A stretch of DNA of 64,000 nt from the NCBI RefSeq assembly GCF_964355755.1, contig NC_092673.1, positions 24,301,648-24,365,647 on the forward strand, written 5' to 3'. Every line of letters begins with the position of its first letter. The first letter of the stretch is position 1. The notes below the pieces were generated by a model. It saw nothing but the letters and a program-made list of their open reading frames with translations, was not told where the DNA came from and searched no databases. The translations under genes and the position numbers were made by a program. The DNA comes from Antedon mediterranea. Lineage: Eukaryota > Animalia > Echinodermata. Below are positions 13,591 through 22,918 of the stretch, one piece after another.

Positions 13591-14428
13591 ATGTGGATGT
13601 ATTTATTTTTAAATTATATATTTATATCTAAAACATATATTAATATATCATATATTCATATCTAAATTATTGGTTTGGATATTAAACCCATATAATTAAT
13701 TTTTGTGAATGTTTTTGAGGAGAATAACAGGTTTATGACATTATATTTCAATAAATACCTATTTTTCACTCCTACATGTAATATTTTTGTGTATAATTAT
13801 CCTCAAATTCAATAACCTACCTTTTATCACTCTTGAATTTAACCTTTTTAACTATTGACAACAAATTCACTCCTACATACAATACAATAAACCGTTTTTA
13901 TTTTTTCAATCCTACATTTAATATTTATTACAAACTTTGTTTTGTCCCCTGCATATGTCAGAGTTCATTTATTTTAGGCCTGTGAACAAATTAAATAAAA
14001 ATACATACATTAATTACCTCAGCAGTTTTCTTTAAATATTGAAGTAAAATCCTGTAAATACAAATATAGGGTCCAATTCATATGCCTGGTCATATAGTAT
14101 GAATTTTAAAGAATTATAAAGAGCAGAACGACAAATGTTTGATTGTGTGGAAACCATTTTTGCAATTTTTTCATTTGTAAGAAAAAATTCTTCATAATTT
14201 TTGGAATATATCAAAATTTAGTAAACTTAAGCTATATCTACACTACACATTTTACGGGAGAAAAAAAATGTGCACATGGACATGATGTCATATCACTACC
14301 ATATTTGGGCATTTCAATACCATATTTAGGCACATATTTGTGGTCAAACTAGTTTATTAGTGTAGACAGAGCTTTAGTAATTAATCAATATTTGCGTCAT
14401 TCTAAAGAGAAATATCAGTTAATTTACT

Positions 14429-14463
14429 CAGGGAGGTATAAAAAATATTTTTATACCTCCCTG
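14429..14463. mobile_element. 35-bp palindromic mini-element with 7-bp TSD (P-element-like MITE remnant)
   Basis: ATTTACT|CAGGGAGGTATAAAAAATATTTTTATACCTCCCTG|ATTTACT. Confidence 0.75.
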
Positions 14464-15787
14464 ATTTACTGGTCTTAATAGTAATACATCTGTTGGCATA
14501 TTGCTATTAGAATGTGCAGGATATAGAGTGATAGGAGCTAAATAATAAAAATATGAATATAATATGGGAGCTTACTATTTAAAGTACTAGCATTGTCATC
14601 CATAAAACAATGCATATTGTTGATATTTATATTCTAATAAAAGTATTGGTTTTCAGACATATATATAGCTGTCTTCACTGCTTGAGAATAATAATTGTCA
14701 TTAAGGCATGACACCTTAACTTGCTGGTTTTTGTTAACATACGTAGGAGGGCAGTATGCATGTTGAGATTAATATCAGATTATACAGAAATTATTTGTAT
14801 TGAAGTGAGCCCTCAACTGTTCGGATTAGTATTGACAATCACTATTTCAGACGTACATTTGTGTCGCTGTTTGTAACAGGCCCTGGCTAATTCCCTGATT
14901 GCTATGACATAATTTTCATAAAGTGGTGCTATTATATATAGCTTTTATAAAAATAATAAAATTGTTTGCTAATTTTATTTTCACTCTTTAGCTTTTATCT
15001 TTTAAAAGACCCAAGTGCAATTTCAAAATGTTCAGCTTATGGTGTAATGGACTAAACTTACCTGTTATGTAACTCACTGTTATTGAGTAGATAATTTACT
15101 AAATGTCTAGGTCATGACAATAGACTATGGAGGTTGCCTAGGTGTGATGAAAGCTGTTATTATTACATGCATGGTAATACTATTGTTCTAACATGTTAAT
15201 TTACTTTAATTATAACAATGGGATGTCGCGCTATATTATAATGATAATGTATTGTATTGTTTATTTTTGTTTAATTGAATTTATTTGATTGCACACATAT
15301 TTGGCAAACTAGGTGCCAGTAAATTATATATACAGTGTGTGCAATGGTTACTATTTTTGTTTGCTTTTTATTGAATTTTATTACAAGATGGTAACCTCAG
15401 GGTACCAGTAAATAGTGCTAAAAGAACTCGTATATTATTATTATTATTATATATATACAGTGCACAATTTTTGGTTCGCTTTTTATTTTATCATTAACAA
15501 GTTAATAATAAGATGGAACAGCATTCTTTTTAAATATATCTTAAAAATATTTTGTAGAACTGCTTAGTATTTAATGGAAATATTGAAAGACAATTTTCAA
15601 TGATATGCATTGTATGTGAGATTAAAACAAAGTTAAAATTACCTCTTGTATGCACAGGATATAAAGCTTCATTCCCACTAATACGCAGCACAAGAATGTA
15701 AGCGCAACGCAACCGCTGCTAAACTACGGATACTCTATCGCTTGTGATAGTTAGTAGATAAATTACTTATGTTGCGCTTACGTCCCT

Positions 15788-16842
15788 CAATCAATCAATC
15801 AATCAATCAATCGTTCGATTTATATAGCGCCATTCCAACATTCATGGCTCATGGCGCTGTAGAAAAAATCAGAAAAGGTGAGTTTTGAGTAGTGACTTAG
15901 GTCGTGTTCGTACGGTGGTTAAAATAAGCGCTTAATTTCACCCATGCCTCGGGTTATAAATTGAGCGTTGTTCGTACTTGAAATATTTAACCGCTTAAAT
16001 GCTTAATCGACGAATCACAAACCGGAAATTACGTTTTAAGGTCAGTTGTCTTTACAACCTACGACCCCATTTTCGCACGCTAGTTTCGTGTTGTATATTT
16101 TTTACTCGCGATCTTTCTTTACAATAACAATTACTTGCTACCTTTTACACTGCTTATCCTTGCGACAAACCTTATGCCTCTTAACGCCGATAATCCTGCC
16201 GAAATATGCCTTCTCCTGACGACCATTATTTTACTCATTGACGAAGAATTTGAGCCCAATGTTACACGACGGAAACACCCCCGACCAGCGGCTCCCCGAC
16301 CACCAGCTAGGCCTACTAAGCGGTCTACACCAACAAGGACAGCACCAGCTGACGATCGCTCTCGAAGCGTGTATGGAAGAGCTTCGTAGGAGAAATGACG
16401 GGCCTAGGCAGCGAACGTTTGTCAAAATTTGACACATTGCCTCTATCGGAGATTTATTATCCTCGAAGGCCGAGTATAATTGGAGTATCGCTGAAATAAC
16501 CTGCAAATTTGGTGAACATTTTACCTCGAATTTTTTGTAGCCTGAGGCAAAAGTTAATTGGATCACGCGAACGGAAATCGGGAATAAGCTGGTATTTTCA
16601 ACCCCTACGAACAGGCCCTTAAAGTGACTCAATAACGATGTGTGTTTAATGTTCAAGGGTAGGTGGTTCCAGAGCCTAGGTCCAGCAACACTGAAAGTCC
16701 GATCTCCCCAACCATGTTTGCTCTTTGGAATGTCCAGTAGCATCTGATGACTAGATCTTAGTTCTCACTTTCCCTTCTTGACTGTCAACAATTCTGAGAG
16801 ATATTTTGGAGGGCAACTATTTAGGCATCGGAACACCAGCAC
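15788..16842 (-). mobile_element. 5'-truncated L2/CR1-group LINE (ORF2 C-terminus, 3' hairpin, (TTGA)n tail), interrupted by a MITE
   Basis: Minus strand reads VFRCLNSCPPKYLSELL...LDIPKSKHGWGDRTFSVAGPRLWNHLPLNIKHTSLLSHFK, resuming after the MITE as SLLKTHLF*; GCGCCAT..ATGGCGC stem, then TATAAAT and the (TTGA)n tail. Confidence 0.85.
15900..16618. mobile_element. PIF/Harbinger-like non-autonomous element with TTA TSD
   Basis: TTA|GGTCGTGTTCGTAC ... TACGAACAGGCCC|TTA; removing it restores the LINE reading frame. Confidence 0.8.
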
Positions 16843-18076
16843 GTCTCTGTGTTGCATCCTAGTGTGAACCAAGCTTTAAACAAATATACAGAGAGGGAAT
16901 TTTACTTTTATGTATTTATTTATTTTTTAGTTTTAATGCTTGTAATATTTATTGAATTATCTTATAATAATCTAATAATTATACCATATAATTATTATTA
17001 TTCTTTGTTTATAGAAAAATAATAATACTGCTACGACATACTGTACAGTCTGTAATATTTTGTCTTGCTATTAAAACTTCAAAACTAGTGCTAGTTGATA
17101 TTTTTTACAAAGTGATGTCAGTAAGTTTGTAAATTCAACGTTCTGTAGAATAAATTAATTTGTCACTGAATATTAGTTAACAAACTGGGCTAAACTGGAA
17201 GTGTTACCCTCTCTAAAAAAAATAGATTTTGTACAACTAGTACAACTTGATGAAAAAAAAAGTGCATAGTCATATACAGTACATGGTTTCTTAGTCTGGA
17301 CGGAATGAATTTAAACTCGTCACCCACCTCAGCCTCACATATAATCTATATATAAATTTACGTAAGGGCAAAATTCGGTAAATCGCGCCTTACTTCTAGA
17401 ATTTTCACTCGATGGTATGTAAAGTTGGTTCGTACTTTCGGTACTGATTTTAACCGCCTGATGTAACCCTGTTTGCTAATTAAATTGAGTTAAATAATTA
17501 GTTATTGACGATTAAAACGAATTTAGGTTAAACGATTTGCCCCAAATAGGGGTGTTTTCCGATCGTGGTATACACTGTCTAATGGATGTCCATCTTAAAA
17601 AAATACCCGCCAAAAAAATGCGAGGAGGCTTCGCATTTTTCTATCTCCTCCTATCCTCGATAATTGTTTTTAATAGCTGAAAACCGGTTGAACAGCTAGA
17701 GTACACCATCATAATGTTGAAGACAGGCCGATTTTCTTTAAAAAATACTATTTTGATAGATTTAATATACGATTATACAAATGTATTGATTTGCGATGAA
17801 TGGAACATCCCAATCTCTCAGTCTGCCAGAGTTTGGTTTAACACAAGTACTGTAGGTAAATTTATGAGCCCTTGAACACATACGGTAGGTAAATATATGG
17901 GCCCTTTGAGAATAAACTTGCAATACTTTGACAATACTGTAAATACCTATTAACTATTTTTCATTTGAATCGAACATTTCTTACTGTGAATGTTCGTACT
18001 GTTAGATGTAATATAAAAATATATACAAATAAACTTTATTACTGAGACTGTGGATAGGCTCTACTGTTAGATATAC

Positions 18077-18245
18077 TGTAATATGGTGGCGCTAGACCCC
18101 AATTTGCATACACACCTGAGTGGTGGCGTGCTAGGTATTACTGTATATAAAGGACGTGTTGTTTTGCCATTAAACACTTGTACTTATCGTAACTTACATG
18201 GTTGTCTCTCTGTCTCATTTCTTTCGTTTAACACCAGACTTTACA
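18077..18245 (+). repeat. 5' LTR
   Basis: TGTAA...TTACA; octamer ATTTGCAT 18102-18109, TATATAAA 18144-18151, ATTAAA 18169-18174; identical to the 3' LTR by eye. Confidence 0.97.
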
Positions 18246-18277
18246 TGGTGTCAGAAGTGGGATTCGAACCCACGCCT
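18246..18277 (+). promoter_or_regulatory. Primer-binding site complementary to tRNA-Leu 3' end (extended, >=32 nt)
   Basis: TGGTGTCAGAAGTGGGATTCGAACCCACGCCT is the reverse complement of AGGCGTGGGTTCGAATCCCACTTCTGACA-CCA, the T-arm, acceptor stem and CCA of metazoan tRNA-Leu (CAA/CAG type). Confidence 0.9.
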
Positions 18278-18278
18278 A

Positions 18279-18737
18279 CAATCGACAAATACGAAAGTTT
18301 TCTGAAGGTTCTAATTGCTCAAGAAATTTCTTGAAAATAGTAGCTGGCTCCTTTCGCTGCTCTTCCGTTAATGTCCATGTATTATATCTGCGAAGACCTT
18401 CTTCGCCTACGGCAAGAAGTATCAAAGGGACTTGTCGATCTATTGTATATATCTCGTGTCAACAATGACTGAACACGTTCCACGTTTTGATTGGAGCTCG
18501 CCAAATGCGGCAGATTCGTTTAAGTTATTTCAACAACGTGTTGAATTATATTTCCAAGTCAAAGGTACAGACGCAGATCGACAAGTCCCTTTGATACTTC
18601 TTGCCGTAGGCGAAGAAGGTCTTCGCAGATATAATACATGGACATTAACGGAAGAGCAGCGAAAGGAGCCAGCTACTATTTTCAAGAAATTTCTTGAGCA
18701 ATTAGAACCTTCAGAAAACTTTCGTATTTGTCGATTG
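18279..18737. repeat. Perfect 163-bp inverted repeat: leader 18279-18441 is the reverse complement of gag 18575-18737
   Basis: Base-by-base comparison from CAATCGACAAATACG to GGGACTTGTCGATCT showed no mismatch; the 133-nt spacer contains the ATG at 18465. Confidence 0.95.
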
Positions 18738-21700
18738 AAGCTAAGGAAATACACACAAAAACAAGGGGAGTCGTTGGATGAGTTTATTAACCGATGCAAA
18801 TTGCTTGCTCTGAAATGTGATTTTAACGATAGTGAATTGAATGAGCGATTGATAGAGCAGATAATTGCTAGTACTCCCATACCGGAATTACAGAAAGATC
18901 TAATGAACAAACCAAAAGGATTTAATGTTCAAGACGCGCTCAAACTTGGTCGGAGTTACGAAGCCTCCGCCGCCCATATAAGTGAACTACAATCTATGCA
19001 TGGGCAAGGACAAATCGCTAACGTTTCATCACTATTCTACCAACAACAAAAATGTAGGAATTGTGGCACAGATCACCGTTTAGACCGTCAGGACTGTCCT
19101 GCTCGTGATGACGTATGTAGAGCATGTGGTAAGAATGGCCATTGGGCTAAGTTTTGTCTAACCAGTAAATTTAAAGATCATCGTAGTCGACCAAAATATA
19201 GAACTAATTATGCTCAAAACCACCAACGTTACCGACGGGGTCAATCCCCAAGACAACGGGGTAGATACCAACGCAACCGCCCTTATGGATATGATAGAAA
19301 TGTACATTATTTGGAACAGTCTGAACAGACGCATACTGATGATAACGATACTGATTGCATGAATACGCAATTTGAATCATTTTCTTTCTCCTCTATACAA
19401 GTATCCAGTTTCTGTTTCCAAGACGGACCGAAACCCCGAGACGAAGCTTTCGCAAATCTCAAAGTAAAACTTGACGGCAGACCAGGCACGCATAACTTAC
19501 AATTAAAAGTTGATACTGGCGCACAAGCAAACACGCTCCCACTTAGAACATACCGTCACATGTTCCCGTACAATTTGAATACAAAAGGCTACCCACAACC
19601 AAATGCATTGGAAGCCACGCAGAACGTTTTGACGGCTTACAACGATACAAAAATAAAATGTTTTGGTACAACAAGAATACATTGCTGTTACGAGAACTCT
19701 ACATGGTTGAGTACCACATTTTTTGTTGTTGATGTTCCAGGCCCAGCTGTAATCGGTCTTCCAACATGCGAACAACTCCGCATTGTAACACTGCACTGTA
19801 ATATCAACAACACACCAACCAAATACAATCCCGTAGTTAATAACATCGAAGAACTTATTAAACTTTACCCTGACCAGTTTGATCGTATTGGTGAATTCAA
19901 AACGATACACAAGCTTGTTGTTGATCCTAACGTTCCCAGTCGAATGAATGCACCGAGACGTACACCTATTGCTTTAAAGGAAATGATAAAGGCTGAACTT
20001 TCAAAGATGGAGCAGTTAAATATCATAAAGCCAATTGAAGAGCCAACAGAGTGGGTAAGCTCACTAACGTATGTGACAAAAACAGATGGTAGCATTCGTG
20101 TTTGTTTGGACCCTAAATATTTAAACATGGCACTTGTCCGTCCGCAACACAGAATTCCGACACTTGAAGAAATAAATCATAGATTCGCCAACGCAAAGTT
20201 TTTTTCCAAACTCGATGCCAAAGCTGGTTATTGGTCAGTAAAGTTAGATCACGACAGCCAGAAACTTACCACTTTCCAAACACCCTTTGGACGCTATTGC
20301 TTCCAGCGTTTGCCTTTCGGATTGTCTGTGAGCCAGGATATATTTCAGCTTGAGATGGATCGAATCATTGGAAAATGCAAAGGTGTTTGTGGAATTGCAG
20401 ACGACATAGCAGTATTTGGTTCCACTGAACAAGAACATGATGCTAACCTGATTAACTTCATGAAAGTTGCAGAACAAACCGGCCTCGTTTTAAACTCGAC
20501 CAAATGTCACATCAAACAAGATAATATAACATTCTTTGGTAACGTTTATACCAATAAGGGAATTAAACCAGACCCCAAGAAAGTTCAAGACTTAAGAGCT
20601 ATGCCTGAGCCTACAAACAAAACAGAACTTCAACAATTTCTTGGAACTATGACTTACCTCTCGTGTTTCATTAAAGACTTCAGCACGAAAACAACAGTGT
20701 TGAGAGATCTACTTAAGAAGGACGTTGAGTTCCTTTGGGAAACACATCATGCAAAAGCATTTGAAGCTTTAAAACGCGAAGTTTCCGAAACAACGTTACT
20801 ACAATATTATGATGTAAACAAACCTGTCATCCTTCAATGCGACGCAAGCATACGTGGATTAGGGGCCACACTGTTACAATATGATTGTAACGATCAACTC
20901 AAACCAATTACTTATGCAAGTAAAAGCCTTACAGACACTGAACAACGTTATGCATGTATCGAGCGAGAACTATTATCCATTGTATTTGGAGTACAACGAT
21001 TTCACACCTTTTTATTTGGACGAAGTTTCCACGTTATTACGGATCATAAGCCATTGATAATGATAACAAATAAACCACTAACATCTGCACCTCCTAGATT
21101 ACAACGGATGCTGATCAAATTACAAGGATATAATTTTACTATTGAACATTTACCAGGAGTCAAAAATCAACTTGCCGATGGCTTATCACGTTTGCCTAAT
21201 ATGAATAATAATCAAATCATTGATTTGGATGTGCGTGTTGATCTTGTTCGTTTCTCCACAGAAAAAGTAACTCAACTTCAACAACAAACCACCGAAGACC
21301 CAATCCTAAACCAACTTAAAGGCATCATCACCAATGGTTGGCCGGAAAACATCAAACAGTTACCGACAGATATGCGACCATATTGGAGTTACAGAGACGA
21401 GATGTCAACCGACAACGGCCTTGTGCTTAAAGCTCAACGCATCGTAATACCCTCAACTATGCAACGTGATATACTGCTACAATTACATACCGCCCACCTT
21501 GGTCAAGAAAAAACAAAACTACTTGCTAAGGACACTGTATTTTGGCCGAACATCAATAAAGACATTGACCAATTAGTTCAATCATGCTCTATATGTCAAC
21601 AGCACCAACCATCACAAATGTCCGAGCCTCTCCTGCAACATGACATACCAACTAAACCATGGAGCGTACTTGGAGCTGATTTGTTTACGTTCGACGATCA

Positions 21701-22553
21701 TCAATGGCTAATTATATCGGACTATTACTCGAAGTATCCGATCATTCGCAAACTACCTGAATCTAGTCCAAGCAGAGTCGTCATCGATGTTTTCAAGCAA
21801 GTATTCGGCGAACATGGCGTTCCATCTAAAGTTGTAAGCGATAATGGCCCGCATTTTTCCAGTTTCGTGTTCAAAGAATTTGCTAAAGCCTGGAGTTTCG
21901 ATCATACAACTTCTTCACCCAGACGACCCCAAGGTAATGGGTACATCGAACGTCAAATACGGACGGTAAAATCAATATTAAAGAAAGCTAAACAATCGTC
22001 AACCGATTATGAACTTGCACTTCTTCATTGGAGATCTACACCAGTTAGTCAATCTCTTCCCAGTCCAGCTCAATTATTAATGGGAAGAAAATTGAAATGC
22101 AGTCTACCAACAAAGATAAGCCTAACCAACACCAATGACTCTGACAAAATATACGACGAATTGAAGAAAAGGCAAGAAGTTCAAAAGCATTATTATGACT
22201 TGCATGCTCGTACAAATGAACTAACCCCATTAATTCCAGGTCAACAGGTCAGAATCCAGAACCAGAGTTCTAAATGCTGGGATCCTGCCACTATACATCG
22301 GATAGCTGACGAACCAAGATCATTCTTCGTACAGAGTCCTAATGGTAAAATCACCAGACGAAATCGACAACACATCCGAGAAATACCAGTCAGTACGCCT
22401 GTACTACAAGAAACAACCGTACCTAACAAACCTCTCAACCCAGACCCACAGGATAAACCAGATGTGAGCAGAACTGAGATCGAACCAGAACAACCTATAA
22501 TTCGTACAAGGTCCGGACGGGAAGTGAAAATCCCTGATCGATATAAACCATGA
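18465..22553 (+). CDS. Gag-Pol polyprotein (Gag with two Cys/His knuckles, aspartic protease, RT, RNase H, integrase)
   Basis: CRNCGTDH...C and CRACGKNGHWAKFC knuckles; KVDTGA protease; LDAKAGYW / RLPFGL / IADD RT; CDAS / TDHKPL RNase H; H-H-C-C and ADLF / SDNG / ERQ integrase. The PR-RT-RH-IN order is Gypsy. First ATG at 18465 (the ORF track starts at TTG 18432). Confidence 0.97.
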   Translation: MTEHVPRFDWSSPNAADSFKLFQQRVELYFQVKGTDADRQVPLILLAVGEEGLRRYNTWTLTEEQRKEPATIFKKFLEQLEPSENFRICRLKLRKYTQKQGESLDEFINRCKLLALKCDFNDSELNERLIEQIIASTPIPELQKDLMNKPKGFNVQDALKLGRSYEASAAHISELQSMHGQGQIANVSSLFYQQQKCRNCGTDHRLDRQDCPARDDVCRACGKNGHWAKFCLTSKFKDHRSRPKYRTNYAQNHQRYRRGQSPRQRGRYQRNRPYGYDRNVHYLEQSEQTHTDDNDTDCMNTQFESFSFSSIQVSSFCFQDGPKPRDEAFANLKVKLDGRPGTHNLQLKVDTGAQANTLPLRTYRHMFPYNLNTKGYPQPNALEATQNVLTAYNDTKIKCFGTTRIHCCYENSTWLSTTFFVVDVPGPAVIGLPTCEQLRIVTLHCNINNTPTKYNPVVNNIEELIKLYPDQFDRIGEFKTIHKLVVDPNVPSRMNAPRRTPIALKEMIKAELSKMEQLNIIKPIEEPTEWVSSLTYVTKTDGSIRVCLDPKYLNMALVRPQHRIPTLEEINHRFANAKFFSKLDAKAGYWSVKLDHDSQKLTTFQTPFGRYCFQRLPFGLSVSQDIFQLEMDRIIGKCKGVCGIADDIAVFGSTEQEHDANLINFMKVAEQTGLVLNSTKCHIKQDNITFFGNVYTNKGIKPDPKKVQDLRAMPEPTNKTELQQFLGTMTYLSCFIKDFSTKTTVLRDLLKKDVEFLWETHHAKAFEALKREVSETTLLQYYDVNKPVILQCDASIRGLGATLLQYDCNDQLKPITYASKSLTDTEQRYACIERELLSIVFGVQRFHTFLFGRSFHVITDHKPLIMITNKPLTSAPPRLQRMLIKLQGYNFTIEHLPGVKNQLADGLSRLPNMNNNQIIDLDVRVDLVRFSTEKVTQLQQQTTEDPILNQLKGIITNGWPENIKQLPTDMRPYWSYRDEMSTDNGLVLKAQRIVIPSTMQRDILLQLHTAHLGQEKTKLLAKDTVFWPNINKDIDQLVQSCSICQQHQPSQMSEPLLQHDIPTKPWSVLGADLFTFDDHQWLIISDYYSKYPIIRKLPESSPSRVVIDVFKQVFGEHGVPSKVVSDNGPHFSSFVFKEFAKAWSFDHTTSSPRRPQGNGYIERQIRTVKSILKKAKQSSTDYELALLHWRSTPVSQSLPSPAQLLMGRKLKCSLPTKISLTNTNDSDKIYDELKKRQEVQKHYYDLHARTNELTPLIPGQQVRIQNQSSKCWDPATIHRIADEPRSFFVQSPNGKITRRNRQHIREIPVSTPVLQETTVPNKPLNPDPQDKPDVSRTEIEPEQPIIRTRSGREVKIPDRYKP

Positions 22554-22741
22554 TACGAACTACGAATACCTCAAAATTGTAACGATATTGCGAACATTTA
22601 TAACTTAATTTTTTTTTTTTTTTGACTGTATGATATTTTGCTAGTATGTTGTTTCAAGTTTGCTGTGAAGGGGATGTTGTTATATATTCTAAATGTTTAT
22701 ATTCTAAAAAATCTAAAAAAAAACTTTCTATTTTTGTCGAT

Positions 22742-22749
22742 AAGGGGGA
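22742..22749 (+). promoter_or_regulatory. Polypurine tract
   Basis: AAGGGGGA immediately before the 3' LTR. Confidence 0.85.
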
Positions 22750-22918
22750 TGTAATATGGTGGCGCTAGACCCCAATTTGCATACACACCTGAGTGGTGGC
22801 GTGCTAGGTATTACTGTATATAAAGGACGTGTTGTTTTGCCATTAAACACTTGTACTTATCGTAACTTACATGGTTGTCTCTCTGTCTCATTTCTTTCGT
22901 TTAACACCAGACTTTACA
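22750..22918 (+). repeat. 3' LTR
   Basis: Identical to 18077-18245; followed by ATAC. Confidence 0.97.

Larger units (their letters stand above)
15665..16875. mobile_element. Harbinger-like MITE, split by a LINE insertion
   Basis: TAA|AGCTTCATTCCCACTA ... TAGTGTGAACCAAGCT|TTA; a related uninterrupted copy lies at ~61265-61455. Confidence 0.6.
18077..22918 (+). mobile_element. Full-length Ty3/Gypsy LTR retrotransposon (Mag-like), very recent
   Basis: Two identical 169-bp TG...CA LTRs, 4-bp TSD ATAC (18073-18076 / 22919-22922), tRNA-Leu PBS, PPT, single uninterrupted gag-pol ORF. Confidence 0.98.

Noticed and set aside
16135-16743. ORFs 16135, 16231, 16238 as host genes
   Set aside because: They lie in a MITE or are a LINE/MITE chimera.
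18246-18277. tRNA-Leu gene on the minus strand
   Set aside because: Only the 3' ~32 nt including an encoded CCA is present, directly after the LTR; it is a PBS, not a tRNA gene.
18083-18334. Duplicated 83/84-aa ORF (also 22756-23010)
   Set aside because: Arises from the identical LTRs; diverges exactly at the LTR end.
18530-22438. Minus-strand ORFs inside gag-pol
   Set aside because: Antisense shadows of a long coding frame; no recognisable motifs.
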